Notes: generated by a model from the sequence alone, not told the origin. Counted from the stretch's first letter, positions 19,815-30,643 are shown. The stretch: DNA of 64,000 bases from Bdellovibrionota bacterium (GCA_050950765.1 JBMNIF010000001.1:352001-416000); one strand, 5' to 3'. Translations and numbers: made by a program.

Positions 19815-22358
19815 ATGCGACAGGCGGAACTTAAGAAGCTGCTCCCTTATTCTTCGCAGTTTATCGATATTTCCGGATTTAAAATGCATTACCTTGATGA
19901 AGGTAGTGGTCCAGTAGTTCTGTTGTTGCACGGCAATCCGACATGGTGTTTTTATTATCGTAATCTGATAGCAGAATTAAAAGATAAGTTTCGTGTGATC
20001 GCACTTGATTTTATCGGTTGTGGTTTATCGGATCATCCAACTGATGCGCATTTTAGGGTTGAGCATAGAATTGAACATTTGAAGGAGTTTATTGATAAAC
20101 TCGGCTTGGATCGATTTTCACTCGTCATGCACGATTGGGGCGGTTCTATCGGAACTGCTTATGCTGTGCGTAATCCGGAAAAGATTGAAAAGTTGGTTTA
20201 TTTAAATACTACTTTAACTGAGACGGAGACCCTACCACTCATAATTAAAAAAGCTGCTAGACCCTTTTTTGGAAAGTTTCTTACTAAATATTCGAAGTGG
20301 TTTTTGCACGTTACAACTACGCTTGGTGTAACGAAAAAATTACCTAAAAATGTTAAGAAGGCGTACCTGCACCCTTATCGTACGATAGCTAAGCGTACTG
20401 CTATTTGGGATTTTGTGGCTGACATCCCTTTCGGTGAGAGCTATCAAGGGTATAGTAGTATGCTGGAATTAGCGGAGATGTTGCCTCGTTTGCAGAATGT
20501 GCCTGTTCAGATAGTGTGGGGGCTTAAAGATCCGTGCTTCCATAGGGGGATGTTAAATAAAGTTGCTGCGCATTTTCCGCAAGCTTATATTTTGGAGATC
20601 CCTGATGCGTCGCACCTTGTTTTAGAAGATGCTCCGCAACTAGCGTGTTCAACGATAAAGAATTTTTTATTAGCTTCGCCTGCTGAAGAACAAAACCATC
20701 GACACGATAGACCGAATGAGGTGAACGTTTTATATAGTCACTTTTTAAAAATACGTGACCTTAGGAAACAGTGTAACGCCATAATGGTGCCGAGCTTTTT
20801 GGGCGATCCTGTTAAGTATGCACAGGTAACATATGAGGCGTTAAATAATCTTGTAAATCAGTATCAACGTGGTTTGGCAGAGGCTGGATTGCGCTGCGGA
20901 GACAAGGTAATCATGCTAGTTTCTCCAGGGATAGATTTCTTGGCGTTAAGTTATGCGGTAATGGGGCGCGGAGGAATTCCGATCTTCTTAGATCCAGGCA
21001 TGGGGCTCAAAAAACTTTTAAAATGTATAGAAGATGCTGCGCCGGAGGGATTTATCGTTTCGCCAAAAGCACATCTGCTAAGACTGGCAAAGCCAGGGAT
21101 CTTTCACAAAGCGAAGTTTTACGTTACGGCGAGTGAATGGTTTCCTTTTGCAGGACTGACTACCTCTTTTATGAAGAAGTATTCAGCTAAGCCACTTCCG
21201 GAAGTTACCTCTTCAGGAACGTGTTTAATTGCTTATACTTCAGGAGCGACGGGAGATCCTAAAGGGGTGATTTTTACTGATTCAATGATAGCGGATCAAT
21301 TAAGGATCTTTAAAGATGTTTTCGGATTCTCGGCGGAGAATGGAGAGAAAGACCTGCCGCTTCTTCCAGTGTTTTCGCTTTTTACTGTGGCGTTAGGGGT
21401 TTGCAGTGTTTTTCCGCCTGTAAATCCGGCGAAGCCTCTTGAGTTGGAGCCGCATAAAATAGTGCGTTTAATAAATGATCTGCAGATAGCGTATTCGTTC
21501 GGTTCTCCAGCGTTGTGGAATAAGATCTCTGAATATTGTGTGCGTAGTAGTAATAGGTTGCCGTCACTGCGTAAAATTTTTATGGCGGGAGCGCCCGTGC
21601 AGAGGGTGACATTGGAACGTTTGAAGGACTTACTCGATGATGGAGAGGCAACAACTCCTTACGGCGCTACGGAAGCTTTGCCTGTCACTTTAATTACGAT
21701 GGATCAGATTTTAAATGCGCAGCCGTGTTGTGCTACGAGTGGTGAGTGCGGTGTTTTAGTTGGGAAACAGATTGCTAGTATGCGAGTGGGGGTGATCGCT
21801 TCAGTTGCGGAGGCTATTCCTGATATTTCAGATGTAAAGTGGTTGCCGAACTATCAGATCGGTGAGGTCGTTGTCTCGGGAGCTAATGTTAGTCCGGAGT
21901 ACTTTGAAAATCCGCAAGCTACAAAATTAGCTAAGATAAAAGATGGTGATACTTTTTGGCATCGTATGGGAGATATGGGGTACCTTGATGCTGAAGGGAA
22001 TTTATATTTTTGTGGAAGAAAGGCGCATGTCGTAAGTTGTAAGGGGCGTACCTATTACAGTGTGCCGACGGAGAAGGTTTTTAATGCGCATCCGAAAGTT
22101 GCACGTAGTGCTTTGATTCCTGTGGAGGGTGGGCAAGATGTTGGCATTGTAGTGGAGCCGTATCCTCAATATTGGCAAGAGCTGCCTCAGATAAAAGAGC
22201 GCTTTTTAAAAGAGCTGGCAGATCTGGCAGGGGCGAATCCGATCACTGCTGATATAAAAAAGTTTTTCTTCTATAAATCTTTTCCTGTTGATGGTCGCCA
22301 TAACGCCAAGATCTTTCGTGATCGTTTAGCAGAGTTAATAGCAGACGAAAAATGTTAA
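19815..22358 (+). CDS. oleBC: OleB-OleC fusion (beta-lactone decarboxylase + beta-lactone synthetase)
   Basis: N-terminal haloalkane-dehalogenase-like hydrolase (HGNPTW, HDWGG); C-terminal ANL ligase (YTSGATGDPKG, PYGATE, HRMGD, PVDGRHNAKIFR). Confidence 0.9.
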   Translation: MRQAELKKLLPYSSQFIDISGFKMHYLDEGSGPVVLLLHGNPTWCFYYRNLIAELKDKFRVIALDFIGCGLSDHPTDAHFRVEHRIEHLKEFIDKLGLDRFSLVMHDWGGSIGTAYAVRNPEKIEKLVYLNTTLTETETLPLIIKKAARPFFGKFLTKYSKWFLHVTTTLGVTKKLPKNVKKAYLHPYRTIAKRTAIWDFVADIPFGESYQGYSSMLELAEMLPRLQNVPVQIVWGLKDPCFHRGMLNKVAAHFPQAYILEIPDASHLVLEDAPQLACSTIKNFLLASPAEEQNHRHDRPNEVNVLYSHFLKIRDLRKQCNAIMVPSFLGDPVKYAQVTYEALNNLVNQYQRGLAEAGLRCGDKVIMLVSPGIDFLALSYAVMGRGGIPIFLDPGMGLKKLLKCIEDAAPEGFIVSPKAHLLRLAKPGIFHKAKFYVTASEWFPFAGLTTSFMKKYSAKPLPEVTSSGTCLIAYTSGATGDPKGVIFTDSMIADQLRIFKDVFGFSAENGEKDLPLLPVFSLFTVALGVCSVFPPVNPAKPLELEPHKIVRLINDLQIAYSFGSPALWNKISEYCVRSSNRLPSLRKIFMAGAPVQRVTLERLKDLLDDGEATTPYGATEALPVTLITMDQILNAQPCCATSGECGVLVGKQIASMRVGVIASVAEAIPDISDVKWLPNYQIGEVVVSGANVSPEYFENPQATKLAKIKDGDTFWHRMGDMGYLDAEGNLYFCGRKAHVVSCKGRTYYSVPTEKVFNAHPKVARSALIPVEGGQDVGIVVEPYPQYWQELPQIKERFLKELADLAGANPITADIKKFFFYKSFPVDGRHNAKIFRDRLAELIADEKC

Positions 22359-22722
22359 AGTGCTGTGCCCCTTGTAGTAGTTGTGAGATCGCTTTAGTGC
22401 GAGAGGGTGTGAGAGTAGTTTTTTAAGTGAGTGGGGGAGATATGAAGTGCATAGTTTTTGGTGGTGGCTTCCTCTGCTCGGTAAAAACACTTTGTTGAAA
22501 TTTTTTTCTGTTGATGGGGTGGTATAACGCTAAGATCTTTCGTGATCGTTTAGCACAGTTAGTAGCAGACGAAAAATGTTAAAGTGCTGTGCCCCTTGTA
22601 GTAGTTGTGAGATCGCTTTAGTGCGAGAGGGTGTGAGAGTAGTTTTTTAAGTGAGTGGGGGGGAGATATGAAGTGCATAGTTTTTGGTGGAGGCGGCTTT
22701 CTTGGTAAGGCACTTTGTCGAT
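22278..22722 (+). repeat. ~224-bp tandem duplication of the oleBC-oleD junction
   Basis: 22301-22462 matches 22525-22688 nearly exactly; includes an abortive oleD start at 22442. Confidence 0.9.
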
Positions 22723-23645
22723 CTTTAGTAGAGGCAGGTTATGAAGTTGTTTCGGTGTCGCGTGGCAACTATCCTGAGTTGAAAGATCTTGGTGTGCAGT
22801 GTGTGCAGCGGGATATTAGTAATCCTCTAAATGATTGTGAAGCTTTTAGTGGTGCAGAGGTGGTGTTTCATACTGCGGCGAAAGTTTCGATGTGGGGGGA
22901 TTATCAAGATTTCTTTCGAGTGAACGTTACAGGAACGCTTAATATTATTGAGGCGTGTCGGAAGTTTGGTATTAAACGGTTAGTTTATACCAGTTCTCCG
23001 AGTGTGATTGCTGACGAAACGGATCTTAAAGGAGTTGATGAGAGCTATCCTTATCCTGCCAAACATATAGCGCACTATCCGGCAACGAAGATGTTAGCCG
23101 AGAAAAAGGTTTTAGAAGCTAACGGTGCAGATCTTCAAACGGTAGTATTGAGACCGCATCTAATTTGGGGCATGGGAGACACAAATTTAATTCCAGCTGT
23201 ATTGGAGAAGGCGCGCGCTGGGAAATTGGTTTGTGTAGGATCTGGGGATAATGTAGTTGATTTAACTTTTATTAAAGATTGCGTAACGGCGCATCTGTGT
23301 GCGGCGAAGGCGCTAAGTACGAATCCTGTATGTAGGGGAAAGGCGTATTTTATCTCGCAAGGGGATCCTGTGAAGCTTTGGGATTGGATTGATGAGATCC
23401 TTGTTAGAAACGGCTTGCCGAAAGTTTCAAAGAGTGTGCCGTATCGGTTGGCTTATTATGGTGCGGGGGTGATGGAACTTCTTGCAAAGATCGGTTTATT
23501 GAAAGAGCCACTTTTTACAAGATTTCTAATATCAGAGATGGCGACTGATCACTATTTTAATATTGAAGCAGCCAAGCGAGATCTAGGCTACCTCCCGTCT
23601 TGTTCTATGGCAGAGGCGCTGGATTTAACCTATCCGCGCGCGTAG
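22668..23645 (+). CDS. oleD: OleD 3-beta-HSD-type NAD(P)-dependent reductase
   Basis: GGGGFLG, YTSSPSV, YPATK and LRPHLIWG motifs. Confidence 0.9.
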   Translation: MKCIVFGGGGFLGKALCRSLVEAGYEVVSVSRGNYPELKDLGVQCVQRDISNPLNDCEAFSGAEVVFHTAAKVSMWGDYQDFFRVNVTGTLNIIEACRKFGIKRLVYTSSPSVIADETDLKGVDESYPYPAKHIAHYPATKMLAEKKVLEANGADLQTVVLRPHLIWGMGDTNLIPAVLEKARAGKLVCVGSGDNVVDLTFIKDCVTAHLCAAKALSTNPVCRGKAYFISQGDPVKLWDWIDEILVRNGLPKVSKSVPYRLAYYGAGVMELLAKIGLLKEPLFTRFLISEMATDHYFNIEAAKRDLGYLPSCSMAEALDLTYPRA

Positions 23646-23656
23646 CTCGAGAATTT

Positions 23657-24532
23657 GGTGCCACCCTTCAGCTAAAAGTGGGTGTCCTAATTGAAAATTT
23701 GGTGCCACCCTTCAGTTTGGGCAGATCTAGCAATTTTAGCTGCGGCTGTCGCTGGTGCCACCCACCAGTAAAAAGTGGGTGTCCTAATTGGCAACGGGGT
23801 TAAAAACTGGTGCCACCCATTAATACCGCAGACGCTCTAAAACTACCTAACTAATAATATCAAGACGTTAGCAAAAGCTTAAAATTTGGCAGTTTTGGTG
23901 CCACCCTTCAGGGACGCTAGGACGGGCTGCAACTAAAAAACAAATTGGTTAGATCTTTACGAGGGTTAAAAATTTGGTGCCACCCTTCAGTTTGGGCAGA
24001 TCTAGCAATTTTAGCTGCGGCTGTCGCTGGTGCCACCCACCAGTAAAAAGTGGGTGTCCTAATTGGCAACGGGGTTAAAAACTGGTGCCACCCATTAATA
24101 CCGCAGACGCTCTAAAACTACCCTAACTAATAATATCAAGACGTTAGCAAAAGCTTAAATTTGGCAGTTTTGGTGCCACCCTTCAGTTTGGGCAGATCTA
24201 GCAATTTTAGCTGCGGCTGTCGCTGGTGCTACCCTTCAGCAAAAAGTGGGTGTCCTAATTGGCAATGGGGTTAAAAACTGGTGCCACCCATTAATACCGC
24301 AGACGCTCTAAAACTACCCTAGTTAATAATATCAGGACGTTAGCAAAAGCTTAAATTTGGCAGTTTTGGTGCCACCCACCAGTAAGACGGGATCTGGTAG
24401 ATTTAGCTAGCTTGCAACTGGTGCCACCCTTCAGGGACGATTGTTTAAAGTGGGTGTCCTAATTGGCAGCAGGGCTTGGATTTGGTGCCACCCTTCAGGA
24501 ATTTTTTCCCTCCCTGCAAGGTGGGTGGCACC
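23657..24532 (+). repeat. Mosaic repeat array (14 direct cores + 1 inverted)
   Basis: GGTGCCACCC cores separated by reused ~34-78 bp modules. Confidence 0.95.
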
Positions 24533-24694
24533 AGTGTTTATGTATTTTTTTTGTAAAAAATATGTATCCTTTTTGTATTACTATCATCAAACTAACTATG
24601 GATGGAGAGAGGAGTGTAGGGTAAGAACGTATAATAAAATGCTAATCATGCGATTTTATTGGGTATTTTTATGTTCTTCTAAGAGAGTGTGGAT

Positions 24695-24982
24695 ATGATA
24701 GAGTTTAATGATGATCAGCTCCTGATTTTTGAAAAAGAGCGTATCGAATGCGCCGATGTTTTGTCTTTATTAGGAGACCTGCACGACGATGAATTGCCTG
24801 AAGTTTTAAAAGAACGTGTAGAGCACCACATCGCAGAATGCGAATATTGCAGAACAGTAAGAGACGAGTATGAGCTGACCATCTTTATTGCACATCAATT
24901 ACAGCAAACTGAAATCCCGTTAGATGTTCATAACAGACTTAGGGAGAGCCTTAATCGCAGACTCGGATTGAATCTTAAATAG
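24695..24982 (+). CDS. Stand-alone zf-HC2 (anti-sigma-type zinc finger) protein
   Basis: C..V..LL....DDEL......VEHHIAECEYC (HxxxCxxC). Confidence 0.8.
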   Translation: MIEFNDDQLLIFEKERIECADVLSLLGDLHDDELPEVLKERVEHHIAECEYCRTVRDEYELTIFIAHQLQQTEIPLDVHNRLRESLNRRLGLNLK

Positions 24983-24987
24983 TTTTT

Positions 24988-25745
24988 GGTGCCACCCTTC
25001 AGGGACGATTGAGCGGGCTGCAACTAAAAAACAAATTGGTTAGGTCTCTACGGAGGTCAAAAATTTGGTGCCACCCATTAATACCGCAGACGCTTTAAAA
25101 GTACCCTAACTAATAATATCAAGACGTTAGCAAAAGCTTAAATTTGGCAGTTTTGGTGCCACCCTTCAGTTTGGGCAGATCTAGCAATTTTAGCTGCGGC
25201 TGTCGCTGGTGCCACCCACCAGTAAAAAGTGGGTGTCCTAATTGGTAGCAGGGCTTGGATTTGGCGTTAAAAACTGGTGCCACCCATTAATACCGCAGAC
25301 GCTCTAAAACTACCCTAACTAATAATATCAAGACGTTAGCAAAAGCTTAAATTTGGCAGTTTTGGTGCCACCCTTCAGTTTGGGCAGATCTAGCAATTTT
25401 AGCTGCGGCTGTCGCTGGTGCTACCCTTCAGCAAAAAGTGGGTGTCCTAATTGGTAGCAGGGCTTGGATTTGGTGCCACCCTTCAGGGACGATTGAGTGG
25501 GCTGCAACTAAAAAACAAATTGGTTAGGTCTCTACGGAGGTCAAAAATTTGGTGCCACCCTTCAGGGACGATTGAGCGAGCTGCAACTAAAAAACAAATT
25601 GGTTAGGTCTCTACGGAGGTCAAAAATTTGGTGCCACCCTTCAGTAAGACGCCCCCACTAGGGACGGTTGAACGGGCTGATACTGAAAAGCGAATCAGCT
25701 AGATTTTTACGAAGGTAAAAAGTGCCACCCTTCAGCTAAAAGTGG
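24988..25745 (+). repeat. Mosaic repeat array (~11 cores)
   Basis: Same modules as 23657-24532 in a different order. Confidence 0.95.
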
Positions 25746-25832
25746 TCAAACTTAGCCTACCGCAAGGGTAGCGTCGAATTTGGCTTATATCTTTTTTATT
25801 ATTGTTTTTGAGCGCAAAATATTATACCGATT

Positions 25833-26519
25833 ATGAAGAAACCTTTAAACAGGGGAGAAAAAATGTTTACTTTTAGAAAGTTAATATCTTATTGCTTGAT
25901 TTTAATAGTTTTTTCAGCTTGTTCTGCACGGGAAAGTAGTCATGTTGTTGCTCCGAAGTATACCAGAGCAAGTCAGCAAGGGCATAAGCGATCTATCTCG
26001 GTTGCACTCGGTAAGGTTGAAAACAGGTCGCAATATATGGTTGGTGTCTTTTTCTCCGGTAATAGCAAACTGACTACACAGGCAAAGCAGATGCTGACAA
26101 TGCACTTAGCACAAAGTGGTTGCTTTGATGTTAGAGACAGAAATAATTTGGATGAAGGTGCGGCTGAAGCAAAATATCTGGGGAAAAAGGTGAAGATAGC
26201 AGGTGCCGAATATATTATTACTGGTGCTGTGACCGAATTCGGACGAAGAGAGCTCGGTTCATCCAGTAGTATCTTTGCAAAATCAAAACGTCAAATAATG
26301 TATGCAAACTTTTCAATTTCGTTGGTTAATGCACTTGATTCTCGCGTGATCTCATCAGCTTCCGGAGCTGGTGAAGTGCAGCTTTCAACAAAAGAAGTTC
26401 TTGGTTTTGGCTCTAAAGCAGGTTATGACACCACCCTTGCAGATAAGGTATTAGATCTAGCAATAAGGGAAGCCGTTGATAACCTCATCATCGATTTAGA
26501 AGGACGGGGCATACTTTAA
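25833..26519 (+). CDS. CsgG/HfaB-family lipoprotein
   Basis: FSAC lipobox; FDVRDR, AEYIITGAVTEFGRRE and GFGSKAGYD motifs; start may be 25863. Confidence 0.85.
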   Translation: MKKPLNRGEKMFTFRKLISYCLILIVFSACSARESSHVVAPKYTRASQQGHKRSISVALGKVENRSQYMVGVFFSGNSKLTTQAKQMLTMHLAQSGCFDVRDRNNLDEGAAEAKYLGKKVKIAGAEYIITGAVTEFGRRELGSSSSIFAKSKRQIMYANFSISLVNALDSRVISSASGAGEVQLSTKEVLGFGSKAGYDTTLADKVLDLAIREAVDNLIIDLEGRGIL

Positions 26520-26884
26520 TGCGAGCTGCAATTTATACTATTATATTAATGTTGCTTTTTACGGGTTGTGCTGATAAGCGCTATACTCCTTCACTTTATT
26601 ATTGGCCTACCTATTCTTCTGTTGTAAAGGAACAGGTACTAACGCCAGAACAATTTGATAGTGAAAAAAATGCAACGCTATTAATTGAAGATTACGCAAA
26701 AAGAGGGGATGCAGTTACCCCTCCAGGTGTAAATATATATATCGCTTATCTTTTAATTATGAATGGCAAGTTGGAAGAAGCAAAAAAATATTTCATTAAA
26801 GAAGCAGAGCTATTCCCCGAATCAAAGGTTTGGATCGATAATATTATAGAGAATAATCTGTCAGAGCTGAAAGAAGCTACATAA
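26519..26884 (+). CDS. DUF4810-like lipoprotein
   Basis: FTGC lipobox; LYYW..Y, PPG and EAELFPES motifs; position after CsgG. Confidence 0.8.
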   Translation: MRAAIYTIILMLLFTGCADKRYTPSLYYWPTYSSVVKEQVLTPEQFDSEKNATLLIEDYAKRGDAVTPPGVNIYIAYLLIMNGKLEEAKKYFIKEAELFPESKVWIDNIIENNLSELKEAT

Positions 26885-26937
26885 ATTTAGTCTCTGTTGC
26901 GAGTCGTCATAATAGATAATGTTGCAGGATAAAAAAG

Positions 26938-27624
26938 TTGATGTATTTCAAGGTGAAAATATTACTTACAAAGGCTACTTTCTTGGGAGTCTTGTTTTCT
27001 TTTTCGGCGTGTTCTGCAAGACATGATTTCGTTACATATAGAGAAAACATGCCGCAGTCGATTCTGATCTTGCCGCCTCTGAATGAAAGTAATGAAGTTG
27101 TTTTGCCGGACATAGCTTTAACTCTTATTCCAGAATATGTAGCTGAGTCTGGATATTACGCCTTTCCACCGTTAGTGGTGCAGGATTATTTTAGATCTAA
27201 TGGCGCGCCTTCTGCTGCTGAGATAAATGAAATTCCATATCAGACCCTGCGGGAGGTCTTTGGCGCCGATGCAGCTTTAAAAATAACTATAAAAAAATAT
27301 TCTTATCGCTATTTTGTACTTTATGCCGGTTGGGATTACAAATTAGAACTTTCATTAATCTCATTAAAAACAGGTGTAGAACTTTGGAAAAGACGGGTTC
27401 ATGTTGAAGATGCTGCGGGAGGTTCTGGCAATCCGGTTAGAAGTGCCATTAATGCAGCAGTTCATGCTGCAATAGCTTCAGCATCTAACAAACAGAATAT
27501 AATGGTTAAGTTGACCAATAAGGCACTCAATGTCGCCATAAGAAACAGGAGGAGTGGGATGTTGCTAGGAGATCGTCGTCCGAACAAGGATCTGGACAAA
27601 AGAGGTTTGGTTAAAAAGCAATAG
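26938..27624 (+). CDS. DUF799/GNA1162-like lipoprotein
   Basis: PQSILILPPLNES, AESGYY and LREVFGADAAL motifs; third gene of the triad. Confidence 0.8.
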   Translation: MMYFKVKILLTKATFLGVLFSFSACSARHDFVTYRENMPQSILILPPLNESNEVVLPDIALTLIPEYVAESGYYAFPPLVVQDYFRSNGAPSAAEINEIPYQTLREVFGADAALKITIKKYSYRYFVLYAGWDYKLELSLISLKTGVELWKRRVHVEDAAGGSGNPVRSAINAAVHAAIASASNKQNIMVKLTNKALNVAIRNRRSGMLLGDRRPNKDLDKRGLVKKQ

Positions 27625-27762
27625 GCTGTCCTCCTTGTTTTGTCAGATCTTCACCTTGCTTCTTAAGCTTTTAGCACAGTTTCATATGTTTTGTTGGTGA
27701 ATTAGATCTAGACTCTTTTTTTGGTTGGAAGTATTGGCATAAGTTGGTTATAGTCTACCCTT

Positions 27763-30534
27763 ATGAATGCTTCCACTAATGATACCAATAACAAGGTATA
27801 TCTAATTGATGGCTCAGGATATATCTTTCGTGCTTACTATGCTGTACGAGGGCTGACAACAAGTCACGGGTTCCCGACAAATGCGTTGTACGGCTTTACG
27901 AAGATGTTACTTAAATTATTACTTACACCTGATGCTTCACGGGTGATCGTCTGCTTCGATGTCAGTAAAGATACTTTTAGAAAAGAGCTCTTCCCACAAT
28001 ATAAAGCTAACAGATCGGAATGTCCTGAAGATTTAGTGCCGCAGTTACCTTTTTTTAGAGAGATCTCGGTTGCCTTAGGATTGCGTGTAGCAGAAAAAGA
28101 GGGATTTGAAGCCGATGATATTATCGGAACGTTGGCAAAACGATTTGTTGCTACTGGATCTGAAGTTGTAATCGTCAGTGCAGATAAAGATTTAATGCAG
28201 TTGGTAACGGATAAAGTTACGATTTGGGACACCATGAAAGATGCAAAATATGGTGTTGCTGAAGTTCAAGAAAAAATGGGAGTGCCACCGGAATTAGTTG
28301 TAGACCTCTTGGGTTTAATGGGAGACTCCTCAGATAATATTCCTGGTCTTGCAGGTGTCGGTCCTAAAACAGCGCTACAATTGATTGAAAGGTATGGCAG
28401 TGTTGAAGGTGTTATCGCTTCAGCAAAAGAGATCTCGCAAGATAAAACTATTAGAAATAGGGCAAAGATCTCGCAGCAGATTGAAAGTGATGTTGAGACT
28501 TTGCGCATGAGCAAAACGTTAGCAACTATTGATTGCCAAGCTTCTGTAGATATCAGAGATGCAACGCAGGTTGTAAGCGTTGAAGATGTTGATGATGAGT
28601 TTTTACTTAATCTTGTATGTCGTACAGAACCTGCTTATGAAACGTTGCAAGAGTTGATTGAGAAGCTCGAATTCGCATCGTTGTTTCAAGCAACAAATTT
28701 TGATTTCTCAAAAAAGCAGGGGAAGGTTTCTACTGTTGGTGAATATAAAACTATTTTTAAGAGCAATTTTGAGACTTGGTTGGCTGAGTTTAAACAACAA
28801 ACGGCCTTTGCTTTCGATATTGAAACTACGGCACTGAATGTTTTTGATCTGGATCTAGTAGGTATATCTTTCTGCTGGGATGATGAAAAAGCAAGCTATA
28901 TCCCGTTGGGGCATAAAGAAAATGAATCGGGAGAAGAACAGGTCTCAATTGAAGAATTGATTAAAGCCATTTCACCACACTTAAAAGATCCTCTCATAAA
29001 AAAATACGGACAAAACTTAAAGTTCGATATAAAGGTGCTTTCACGTTACGGTGTTGAGGTAGAGGGAGTGGCGTTTGATACGATGTTGGCTTCGTATCTT
29101 TTAAATTCTGATGGCATAGATCATACGCTGGGGGCTTTAGCGTTGCGTTATTTGGGGGTGACACCTTCTGAATATGAAGATGTTACCAAAGGCTTGCAAG
29201 ACTTCTCTTTTACAAAGATAGCAGCTGCTACGCAGTATGCTGCTGAAGATGCGCATTTGGCGTGGTTATTAACAGCAGGGCTTTTACCCATGATTAAAGA
29301 TCGGGGCTTGCTACACTTGATGGAGGATATCGAGTTGCCGTTGATATCAGTGTTAGCAAAGATGGAGTTGCGCGGGATAAAACTAGACGTTGAAGTGCTG
29401 CAAGCTATGTCAAAAGTTTTAGAGGAGCGTTTAGCACTTTTGATAAAAGATATCTATGAACTTGCGGGAACAGAATTTAATATTAATTCTCCGAAACAGT
29501 TGTCGGAGATCCTTTACAATAAATTACAGATACCGACGAAAGGGGTGCGTAAAATAAAAACAGGATATTCTACGGATTCAGAGACGTTGGAATTTCTTAG
29601 CATTCAACATGATTTACCTCGTTATCTGTTAGAATACAGAATGTTGCATAAATTAAAGAGCACCTATGTTGATGCTTTACCGGCGCAAGTTTCTCCTAAA
29701 ACAAACAGACTACACACACAGTTTAATCAGATGGTAACGGGCACGGGACGTTTATCAAGTTCAGATCCGAATCTGCAAAATATTCCCATTCAAACAGAAG
29801 AGGGGCGAAGTGTTAGAAAAGCTTTTGTTGCAGAAGAGGGACGGTGTTTAATTTCAGCTGATTATTCGCAGATTGAATTGCGAGTTTTAGCGCACCTTAG
29901 TGGCGATGAAAATCTGATTCAAGCTTTTGAAAATGGTGTTGATATCCATGCGCAAACAGCGCGGGAGGTGTTGGAGATAGCCCCTGAAGTTGAAGTAACG
30001 GCGCAAGAAAGACGGATCGGTAAAACTATTAATTTCGGTGTGATCTACGGTATGAGTGCCTTTAGGTTGGGGGAGGATTTAGGAATACCAGTGCGTGTTG
30101 CAAAAAAATATATAGATGATTACTTCGAATATTTTCATGGTGTAAAAGAATTCTTTGATGAAGTTGAAAGTAGCGCCGAAAAAGACGGGTATGTAACGAC
30201 ACTTTTTGGAAGAAGGCGTGTTATTAGTGATATCGATAGCACGGGACGAGATAAAGGATTCTTAAAAAGGGTTGCTATTAATGCTCCGATTCAGGGAACT
30301 GCTGCTGATATTATTAAGTTGGCGATGGTGAGGCTTGAAGCGATATTAACTGAAAAGAGATTGCCCGCAGAGATGATTTTGCAGATTCATGATGAGTTAT
30401 TATTCGAGTGTGACGTAGCATATCAGGAGGATGTGGAGGCGCTTGTTCGTAAAGAAATGGAAGAAATAATACCACTTAGGGTGCCATTGCGCGTTAGTAT
30501 CGGATGTGGGCATAATTGGTATGAGGCACATTGA
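27763..30534 (+). CDS. polA: DNA polymerase I
   Basis: LIDGSGYIFRAYYA 5'-3' exonuclease, FDIET 3'-5' exonuclease, TGRLSSSDPNLQNIP, ADYSQIELR, QIHDEL. Confidence 0.98.
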   Translation: MNASTNDTNNKVYLIDGSGYIFRAYYAVRGLTTSHGFPTNALYGFTKMLLKLLLTPDASRVIVCFDVSKDTFRKELFPQYKANRSECPEDLVPQLPFFREISVALGLRVAEKEGFEADDIIGTLAKRFVATGSEVVIVSADKDLMQLVTDKVTIWDTMKDAKYGVAEVQEKMGVPPELVVDLLGLMGDSSDNIPGLAGVGPKTALQLIERYGSVEGVIASAKEISQDKTIRNRAKISQQIESDVETLRMSKTLATIDCQASVDIRDATQVVSVEDVDDEFLLNLVCRTEPAYETLQELIEKLEFASLFQATNFDFSKKQGKVSTVGEYKTIFKSNFETWLAEFKQQTAFAFDIETTALNVFDLDLVGISFCWDDEKASYIPLGHKENESGEEQVSIEELIKAISPHLKDPLIKKYGQNLKFDIKVLSRYGVEVEGVAFDTMLASYLLNSDGIDHTLGALALRYLGVTPSEYEDVTKGLQDFSFTKIAAATQYAAEDAHLAWLLTAGLLPMIKDRGLLHLMEDIELPLISVLAKMELRGIKLDVEVLQAMSKVLEERLALLIKDIYELAGTEFNINSPKQLSEILYNKLQIPTKGVRKIKTGYSTDSETLEFLSIQHDLPRYLLEYRMLHKLKSTYVDALPAQVSPKTNRLHTQFNQMVTGTGRLSSSDPNLQNIPIQTEEGRSVRKAFVAEEGRCLISADYSQIELRVLAHLSGDENLIQAFENGVDIHAQTAREVLEIAPEVEVTAQERRIGKTINFGVIYGMSAFRLGEDLGIPVRVAKKYIDDYFEYFHGVKEFFDEVESSAEKDGYVTTLFGRRRVISDIDSTGRDKGFLKRVAINAPIQGTAADIIKLAMVRLEAILTEKRLPAEMILQIHDELLFECDVAYQEDVEALVRKEMEEIIPLRVPLRVSIGCGHNWYEAH

Positions 30535-30643
30535 TTGTGAGGTGTGTGTGTAAGTGTAGCGCCTTAGAAGTTAAATAATTTTGAGGCAGTGTTGGGTAGG
30601 TTATAACGTGTTTGCACGAGGATTGTTTCATAAAAAAAAGAAG

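Noticed and set aside
22278..22722. Diversity-generating retroelement TR/VR pair (also 32080-32506)
   Set aside because: Differences are not adenine-specific, and no reverse transcriptase is present.
23845..23875. Xer/dif site or integron attC in module c
   Set aside because: The TAAC..GTTA spacing and arms do not fit dif, there is no attC-like long imperfect palindrome and no integrase; the IHF consensus fits better.
23657..25745. CRISPR array
   Set aside because: The core is only ~10-13 bp, the intervening modules are reused and vary from ~34 to 78 bp, and there are no cas genes in the window.
25833..27624. Curli secretion system
   Set aside because: No csgA/B/E/F; this is the CsgG-like/DUF4810/DUF799 lipoprotein triad.
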